NCBI GenBank assembly: GCA_023228765.1
Contig: JALOAM010000001.1
Location: 1-59,641, forward strand
From: Dehalococcoidia bacterium
GTDB taxonomy: Bacteria; Chloroflexota; Dehalococcoidia; UBA2979
Length of the DNA stretch: 59,641 nucleotides
Reading direction: 5' to 3'
The position numbers and the translations under genes were made by a program. Within the stretch, counting starts at the first letter, position 1. Every line of letters begins with the position of its first letter. Shown here piece by piece: positions 53,656 to 59,641 of the stretch. Below the pieces are notes generated by a model. It was given only the letters and a program-made list of their open reading frames with translations. It was not told the origin of the DNA and made no database searches.

Positions 53656-55284
53656 ATGCGCCTGAAGCAGCAGCCCTCCCGACTCCTGGCCCTGGCCGTC
53701 CTGATCTTCGGGGCGGTCTTCCTTCTGGCGTGTGAACGTACTGCCGATCTCATCCCCGGCGAGGCCACCCCGACGCCCTCCAGCACCGCGGGCGCGGGCG
53801 AGGCATCGCCCACCCCGATCGTGGTGAACCCGGACAACACCACCGGCGGCTCCGCCACGGGCGGACGCGTGATCGAGGACCACCAGCTCGCCCTCTCCAT
53901 TGTCCAGATCATGGCCGTGGACGACTCCGCGGGCTTCGAGGAAGTCCGCCGCTACGGCACGGGCGTGGTCGTCAACGCGGAGGAAGGTCTCATCGCGACC
54001 GCCTACCCCGTGGTCGACCCGGTGAACGGCGCCGGTGGGCGCGCGTACACCTCCATCGTCATCGCCACCGACCGCGAGCCGGGCACGCCCGCGCAGCGCG
54101 AGTTCACCGCGACGCTGGTCGCAGCCGACCCCACCGTGGACCTCGCGATCCTGCGGGTGACCGGGGACGCGGGCGGCCAGGCGATCGACCCCGGCACGTT
54201 CGACCTCCCCGCGGTCACGCTGGGGGACGCCTCGATCGCGGGGGTGGGCTTCGGGCTTCGGCTGTTCGGTTACCCCGGCTCGGCGGACGCGGAGCAGGTG
54301 GTGGAGACGACACAGGCGACGATCACCGGCCAGCGCGGCGCCGCCGGCCGCACGGGGCGCACCTGGTTCAAGATGGACGCGAGGATGCCGTACGGCGCTG
54401 CGGGCGGCCCAGCGTTCGACCGCTTCGGCGCACTCGTCGGGATCCTCGCACAGGACCGCTACCAGCCCTCCGGCGTGGTCGGCATGGCCCGCCCGCTGGA
54501 CCTGCTCCAGGCGCTGATCGACGGTGCGCAGGGCGCGACCTCGTTCGACGCACCGGTCTACCGCGACTCCTCGATGCCCGGTTCGCTCGATGTGGCCCCG
54601 GACACCGGGATCTTCGTCTCGCGTCCCGCCTTCGCGGAGAACGCGACGGAGACCAGTAGCGGCACGGACCTCTTCGACTACGAAACCCGCTTCGTGCAGG
54701 GCCTCGGCACGCTCTACTACGAGTACGTCGTCAACGGCGCCCCGGACGGCGCGGTGATCGAGGAACACTGGTACCTCGACGGCATCGAGCAGCAGTCGCT
54801 CTCGTCCTCGCAGGTGTGGAGTGGCGGCACATTCGGGATGATCGCGGACCGCATCACGGCACCCAGCGCTTCCGGCATCCCCGCGGGCGTCTGGCGCCTC
54901 GACGTGTCGGTCGACGGCGTGCTGCACGCCAGCGCCACCGCGGTCGTGGGCGTCGACGTGGGGACGCCGTCCGCCGTCTTCCAGTTCGCGGCAGCGGAGG
55001 CCACCCCGGACGGAAACATCCAAGTCGCCGCGTTCACCGGCGCGGGCCAGATCCTGATGATGTTCGACGTCGCCGGTATGACCGGCGCCACCCAGGTCGA
55101 ATGGCACGTGTTCCGGGACAACAACCGCGTCTACACCTCGCCGCAGGTCCCGTGGACCTTCGGCCCAGGCGGGCGCTTCTGGGTGGGCTACCGCCCGCCC
55201 GAGGGCGTCGGCCCCGGCGTCTGGGAGCTGGAGCTCCATGTGAACGGCACGATTGTGAACGTCGGGACGATCACCCTCTTCTAG
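53656..55284 (+). CDS. lipoprotein with a trypsin-fold (S1C-like) domain lacking catalytic His and Ser, plus a roughly 250-aa C-terminal domain
   Basis: Lipobox FLLAC. GTGVVVNAEEGLIATAYPVV (His position is Pro), DLAILRV (Asp kept), PYGAAGGPAFD (Ser position is Ala). Confidence 0.7.
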   Translation: MRLKQQPSRLLALAVLIFGAVFLLACERTADLIPGEATPTPSSTAGAGEASPTPIVVNPDNTTGGSATGGRVIEDHQLALSIVQIMAVDDSAGFEEVRRYGTGVVVNAEEGLIATAYPVVDPVNGAGGRAYTSIVIATDREPGTPAQREFTATLVAADPTVDLAILRVTGDAGGQAIDPGTFDLPAVTLGDASIAGVGFGLRLFGYPGSADAEQVVETTQATITGQRGAAGRTGRTWFKMDARMPYGAAGGPAFDRFGALVGILAQDRYQPSGVVGMARPLDLLQALIDGAQGATSFDAPVYRDSSMPGSLDVAPDTGIFVSRPAFAENATETSSGTDLFDYETRFVQGLGTLYYEYVVNGAPDGAVIEEHWYLDGIEQQSLSSSQVWSGGTFGMIADRITAPSASGIPAGVWRLDVSVDGVLHASATAVVGVDVGTPSAVFQFAAAEATPDGNIQVAAFTGAGQILMMFDVAGMTGATQVEWHVFRDNNRVYTSPQVPWTFGPGGRFWVGYRPPEGVGPGVWELELHVNGTIVNVGTITLF

Positions 55285-55320
55285 CGTCGCCCCGCTGGAG
55301 CTGCCCTGCTCGGGCCCGCC

Positions 55321-56385
55321 CTACTCCGAGCCCTCGAACGCCCCGTCGTCGTACAGCCGTTCGAGGGCGGACTGGTCTACCACGGCGTCCACACCGATGG
55401 CCTCGGGGATCACCTCGTACTGCACGAGGAGATCGATGAGCGCCTCCCACGAGGCCGCGTCGGAGAGCCCGATGCGCCCGTCCTCCCGCTGCGCCGCGGC
55501 AAGGTCCGTGTCCAGCAGGTAGCGCTGGTGCGCTGCGTCGGCGCCCTCGGCGTAGCGGAGGGTGATCTCCACGGCCTCGTCCGGGTGCTCCGTGATCCAC
55601 TGCACCGCTCGGAAGGTGGCGCGCAGGAAGCGCTCGGCGAGATCGCCGTCCGCCAGCGTGTCCTCCGTGGCGAGGTAGGTGAGGCCCAGCGTCGGCACGC
55701 CGAAGTCGTGCGGGTCGATGACGTTGATCTCGACACCGGCGCTGCGGATCGTGTCCGGCTCGTTGTTCAGGAAGACCGGGTAGACATCGACCCCGCGCTC
55801 CATGAACACGCGCGGATCGAAGCCGACGCCGACGAGTTCGACGTCATCGTCGGACAACCCGGCCCCGGCGAGGAGCGCGTGCAGCTCCGCGGGCACGACG
55901 CCTGCCTTGAAGCCGACGCTGTGCCCCGCGAAGTCCTCCGGCGTTTCGATGCCGGAGTCGGCATGGGAGACGTAGCCCTGATCACCCCGCTGGCCGAAGA
56001 GGGCGATCGCCTGCACGGGGAGGCCCTCCTGCACGCGCCGGACAGCCTGCGCGGCGGTGCCAGTGGTGAAGTCCACCTCGCCATCGAGGAGCAGCTTCAG
56101 ATGCTCGTCCTGGCCGGAGGAGTGCGTGATGCGCACCTCCAAGCCCTCGTCTTCGAAGAAGCCCTCGGCGTCCGCGACATACGCGGCGACGAACGGGAGG
56201 TTGGCCTGGGCGCGGAACCCGGCCATGAACGTGACCTGCCGGACCTCGGGGGTCTCGTCCTCGCCGCCGCACGCCGCGAGGGCGAGCGCGGAGAGCGCAC
56301 TGAGGGCGAGGATCGCGAGCACAAACAGGGACGAGACGCCTCCCCCTCTGTTCAGGAGGTGGCGGGCGCGTGGACGTGCGGACAT
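55321..56385 (-). CDS. ABC transporter substrate-binding lipoprotein (NMT1/THI5-like, NitT/TauT family)
   Basis: Lipobox ALAACGG. Periplasmic-binding fold typical of sulfonate/nitrate/bicarbonate-type systems. Start at 56385 or 56421. Confidence 0.8.
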   Translation of the reverse strand: MSARPRARHLLNRGGGVSSLFVLAILALSALSALALAACGGEDETPEVRQVTFMAGFRAQANLPFVAAYVADAEGFFEDEGLEVRITHSSGQDEHLKLLLDGEVDFTTGTAAQAVRRVQEGLPVQAIALFGQRGDQGYVSHADSGIETPEDFAGHSVGFKAGVVPAELHALLAGAGLSDDDVELVGVGFDPRVFMERGVDVYPVFLNNEPDTIRSAGVEINVIDPHDFGVPTLGLTYLATEDTLADGDLAERFLRATFRAVQWITEHPDEAVEITLRYAEGADAAHQRYLLDTDLAAAQREDGRIGLSDAASWEALIDLLVQYEVIPEAIGVDAVVDQSALERLYDDGAFEGSE

Positions 56386-56500
56386 AGAGGGACACACTCC
56401 CGGTATTGCCGGTGCGTGCATCCGAACTCTGTCCGGGCGCTACACGCGAACGATGATGCGAGTGATGGGGGTATCCGCGGCTACGGTCGTCGCGCGGGCA

Positions 56501-57277
56501 CTACGCACCCATCTGCTGGCGCTCCGCGGAGGTCATCCACCGCAGCACGCGAGCCTCAACATACGAGAGGACGGCGGTGATGCCAATCCCCGCGGCAGCG
56601 AGGACGAACACCGCCGCGAACAGCACGTCCGTGTCGAACTCGCCATTCGCGATCAGGATCAGCTGCCCCATGCCCCCCGCCCCCGCGAGGAACTCCGCCA
56701 CCACCGCGCCGATCAGCGAGAGTGGCACGCTGATCCGCAGCGCCGCGAACACGTAGGGCAGCGAGGACGGCAACCGCAGCTTCCAGAACACCTGCGCGCG
56801 CGACGCGTTCAGCACCCGCAGAACATCGAGGGCGGCCGGGTCGACCTGCCTCAGCCCCACGACCGCGTTCACCAGCATCGGAAAGAACGTGATCAGCGCC
56901 GCTACGGCGACACGCGGCGAAGTGCCAAAGCCGAACCAGATCAGCAGCAGCGGGTACACCGCCACGATCGGCGTCACCTTCACCAGCAAGGCCGGCGGGT
57001 AGATCGCGCGCTCCAGCACCCGCGAGTGCGCCATGAGGACGGCGAGGCCGAACGCGACCGTGCTCGCCAGCACCAGCCCCGCGAGCGCCGTCACCAGCGA
57101 CTCCACGAGCGCGCCCAGGTAGCGCCCCGGCTCGTCGAGGAACGCCGCGCCGACCTCGGACGGTGCCGGGAGGATGTAGGGCTGGATGTCACGGAGGCGC
57201 ACCCACAAATCCCACCCGAACAGCAGCAGCGCCCCAAAGGCGAGCGGCGGAGCGACGAGGAGCACGAGGCGTCGCAT
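56501..57277 (-). CDS. ABC transporter permease (NitT/TauT family)
   Basis: 258 aa with 6 TM and a BPD_transp_1 EAA-like loop (VLNASRAQVFWKLRLPSSLPY). Confidence 0.88.
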   Translation of the reverse strand: MRRLVLLVAPPLAFGALLLFGWDLWVRLRDIQPYILPAPSEVGAAFLDEPGRYLGALVESLVTALAGLVLASTVAFGLAVLMAHSRVLERAIYPPALLVKVTPIVAVYPLLLIWFGFGTSPRVAVAALITFFPMLVNAVVGLRQVDPAALDVLRVLNASRAQVFWKLRLPSSLPYVFAALRISVPLSLIGAVVAEFLAGAGGMGQLILIANGEFDTDVLFAAVFVLAAAGIGITAVLSYVEARVLRWMTSAERQQMGA

Positions 57278-58089
57278 CAGCCGGCACTCGCCTGCTCGTC
57301 GCCGCGTACCTCGGCGAGTTCGTCCGCGCGCAGCGCCGAACGCACGCGGCGCACCGCCTCGATGAAGGCGGGAGAGTCCTCCATCGCTTCGGAGCGTGGT
57401 CGAGGTAGCTCGATACGCAGGTCATGGACGATGCGCCCGGGGCGTGGGGACATCACCACGACGCGGTCGGAGAGCAGGACGGCCTCGCGGACGGCGTGGG
57501 TGACGAACAGGACGGTGATCCGCTCGGCCTCCCAGATACGCAGCAGCTCCAGCCGCATCGCCTCGCGCGACAGCTCGTCCAGCGCGCCGAAGGGTTCGTC
57601 CATCAGCAGCACACGCGGCCGGTGCACGAGTGCCCGTGCGAGGGCGACCCGCTGCCGCATGCCGCCGGAGAGCTCGGCGGGCCGGTAGCGCTCGAAGCCC
57701 GCAATCCCCACCTGGCGCAGCATCGCGCCCACGTCGCCCTCGGCGCCGGTCACCTCCAGCGGGAGGCGCACGTTCTGCTCCACGGTGCGCCACGGGAGGA
57801 GTCCCGGCTCCTGCGCGACGAGGCCCACCTGCCGTGCGCGCTGTACCGCCCTCGGCGTCGCGCCCAGCAGCGCCACCTCGCCCCCCGACGGTTCGAGGAG
57901 CCCCGCGACGGCGCGGAGCAGCGTGGTTTTGCCGCACCCGGACGGCCCGACAAGCGAGACGAACTCCCCCTCGCGCACCTCCAGGTCCGTCGGGGCGAGG
58001 GCGGGAAGCGGGCCGTCCGCACCGGGGTAGGTGTGCGCGAGGCCGTGGAGCGCGATCGCAGCAGCGGGGGAGGCAGTGGTCACGGGCAT
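57277..58089 (-). CDS. ABC transporter ATP-binding protein (NitT/TauT family)
   Basis: Walker A GPSGCGKTT, signature LSGGMRQRV, Walker B VLLMDEPFGALD. 270 aa from the ATG at 58089. Stop overlaps the permease start. Confidence 0.9.
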   Translation of the reverse strand: MPVTTASPAAAIALHGLAHTYPGADGPLPALAPTDLEVREGEFVSLVGPSGCGKTTLLRAVAGLLEPSGGEVALLGATPRAVQRARQVGLVAQEPGLLPWRTVEQNVRLPLEVTGAEGDVGAMLRQVGIAGFERYRPAELSGGMRQRVALARALVHRPRVLLMDEPFGALDELSREAMRLELLRIWEAERITVLFVTHAVREAVLLSDRVVVMSPRPGRIVHDLRIELPRPRSEAMEDSPAFIEAVRRVRSALRADELAEVRGDEQASAG

Positions 58090-58221
58090 CCCGTCAGGCG
58101 CGCACGGCGCCGCGATGGCGCTCCAGCACGAAGGGGCTTCTCGTCCGGTGGAATCGTTGCGAGGATAGCGACGCGCCTCCGGAGGATGCACGGCCGAGGG
58201 CACATGGCGGAGAGGAACTTG

Positions 58222-58890
58222 ATGTCTCACACCATCGCACTGGTCGGCGGCACGGGCCCGGAGGGTCGCGGCCTCGCGACCCGCTTCGCCCTCGCCGGGC
58301 ACACCGTCATCCTCGGCTCCCGTGAGGCCACCCGAGGGCAGGAGTCCGGCGCCGAGCTGGCCGCATCCCTCGGCGACGCGGGCGCGCGCGTCAGCGGCAC
58401 CGACAACGAGACCGCCGTCCGCGACGCCGACCTCGTCGTGGTCGTGGTGCCCTACACCGCGCACCGGCCGACGCTCGAGGGGCTACGGGACGCCCTGGCC
58501 GGGAAGATCGTGATCGACGCGGTGGTGCCGGTGCGCTTCGAGAAGGGCCCGCGACCGATCGAGGTGGAAGCCGGCTCCGCCACCGAGGAGGCCGCCGCGA
58601 TCCTCGCAGACTCCACGGTCATCGGCGCGTTCCACAACCTCCCCGCGGAGGTCCTCCTCGACCCGAGCGCCCAGCTCGTGTCCGACATCCTCGTGACCGG
58701 CGGGAACGGCGAGGCGAAGGACACTGTGATGGCGCTCGCGAACCAGATCGAGGGCTGCCGCGCGGTCGACGCCGGGCCGCTGCGGTTCTCGCGGTTCGTG
58801 GAGGGCCTGACAACCCTCATCATCGGCATCAACGGGCGCTACAAGGCGCACGGCTCGATCAAGATCACCGGCATCGACGGCGCTCACTAG
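58222..58890 (+). CDS. npdG: NADPH-dependent F420 reductase
   Basis: IALVGGTGPEGRGLATRFALAGHTVILGSR Rossmann N-terminus and length (222 aa) fit NpdG/Fno. GGAGAGGA RBS. Confidence 0.85.
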   Translation: MSHTIALVGGTGPEGRGLATRFALAGHTVILGSREATRGQESGAELAASLGDAGARVSGTDNETAVRDADLVVVVVPYTAHRPTLEGLRDALAGKIVIDAVVPVRFEKGPRPIEVEAGSATEEAAAILADSTVIGAFHNLPAEVLLDPSAQLVSDILVTGGNGEAKDTVMALANQIEGCRAVDAGPLRFSRFVEGLTTLIIGINGRYKAHGSIKITGIDGAH

Positions 58891-58947
58891 CACCACCCAC
58901 GAGGCTCCCGAAGACGGCGCGCGCAGCGTGCCGAAGGCGAGGCATGC

Positions 58948-59641
58948 ATGTCTGACTCTGCTGTTCCGGACGTCCGCCTCATCGGCATCCGCGGCATCCC
59001 GATGGTCCAGCGCGACGACGACCTGGTCGCGATCATCGCGGATGCCGCCGCCGCACAGGGCACCCCGATCGAGGACGGCGACGTCGTCGTCGTCACCCAG
59101 CGCATCGTGTCGAAGGCGGAGGGCCGCGTCCTCCCCCTCGACGACTTCGAGCCGAGCCCGTTCGCCCTCCACTACGCCGAGCGCACAGAGAAGGACCCGA
59201 GGATCGTGGAGGCCGTCCTCCGCGAGTCGAAGCGGGTGATCCGGCAGGTCGGCGGCGTGCTGATCACGGAGACGCACCACGGCTTCAAGGCCGCCAACTC
59301 CGGCGTGGACGGCTCCAACGTCGGCGGTCAGGACCTGGTCTGCCTGCTCCCCGTGGACCCGGACGCCTCCTGCCGCGCGCTGCGCGACGGCCTGCGCGAG
59401 CGACTGGGCGTGGAGGTGGCCGTGGTGATGACGGATACGTTCGGGCGCCCGTGGCGGCACGGCCAGACCAATGTCGCCATCGGCGTCGCGGGGATGCTGC
59501 CCTTCCGCGACTACATCGGCAAGATCGACCTGGACGGGCGTGAGCTGCGCGTCACCACGATCTGCGTCGCCGACGAGATCGCCGGCGCCGCCGAGCTGGT
59601 CATGGGCAAACTGGACGCCATCCCGGTCGCCCTCGCCCGCG
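58948..59641 (+). CDS. cofE: coenzyme F420-0:L-glutamate ligase (3' end beyond window)
   Basis: Translated by hand from the ATG at 58948: ...VVVVTQRIVSKAEGR..., TDTFGRPWRHGQTNVAIG, ADEIAGAAELVMGK. Open to the window end and absent from the ORF track because there is no stop. Confidence 0.85.
   Translation, partial: MSDSAVPDVRLIGIRGIPMVQRDDDLVAIIADAAAAQGTPIEDGDVVVVTQRIVSKAEGRVLPLDDFEPSPFALHYAERTEKDPRIVEAVLRESKRVIRQVGGVLITETHHGFKAANSGVDGSNVGGQDLVCLLPVDPDASCRALRDGLRERLGVEVAVVMTDTFGRPWRHGQTNVAIGVAGMLPFRDYIGKIDLDGRELRVTTICVADEIAGAAELVMGKLDAIPVALAR

Overview
This is a visibly GC-rich (not computed) bacterial chromosomal fragment, densely coded, with gene content typical of a monoderm high-GC lineage (Chloroflexota/Thermomicrobia-like or Actinomycetota-like; inference only). 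No rRNA, tRNA, CRISPR array, transposase or integrase was found.

Layout:
- 0.4-11.5 kb: branched-chain amino acid cluster ilvB-ilvN-ilvC-leuA-leuC-leuD, then three unrelated genes, then leuB.
- 11.8-16.6 kb: a lipoprotein, a class-II lyase, and an OmpR-type two-component system.
- 16.8-18.5 kb: cimA.
- 18.8-40.2 kb: a 21-kb minus-strand flagellar block, flbD-motAB-fliLMY-fliOPQR-flhBAF-pilZ-orf-fliA-orfX-orfY-flgF-flgG-flgM-flgN-flgK-flgL-fliW-csrA.
- 40.5-43.5 kb: two orphan response regulators, two tiny zinc-ribbon genes and an ABM-like gene.
- 43.5-46.9 kb: a methyltransferase and cobT-cobS-cobU.
- 46.9-55.3 kb: envelope and hydrolase genes (M23 peptidase, HtrA, Cys-type arylsulfatase, enoyl-CoA hydratase, a catalytically dead trypsin-fold lipoprotein).
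- 55.3-59.6 kb: a NitT/TauT-type ABC transporter and the F420 genes npdG-cofE (cofE runs off the window).

Most notable observations:
1. A ydaO-class c-di-AMP riboswitch (minus strand, about 43280-43412) sits in a self-contained promoter-riboswitch-CDS-terminator unit. Its only cargo is a 70-aa zinc-ribbon protein.
2. Two unknown genes are translationally coupled between fliA and flgF: a membrane-tethered HTH protein, and a secreted RskA_C-like protein with an LPNTG sorting signal.
3. A roughly 55-65 bp GC-rich palindromic repeat family has at least 9 copies, all intergenic, in two hairpin subtypes.
4. flhG is absent, and the flagellar block begins abruptly at flbD next to an inverted repeat pair.

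Many long ORFs in the six-frame track are antisense GC artefacts and were rejected.
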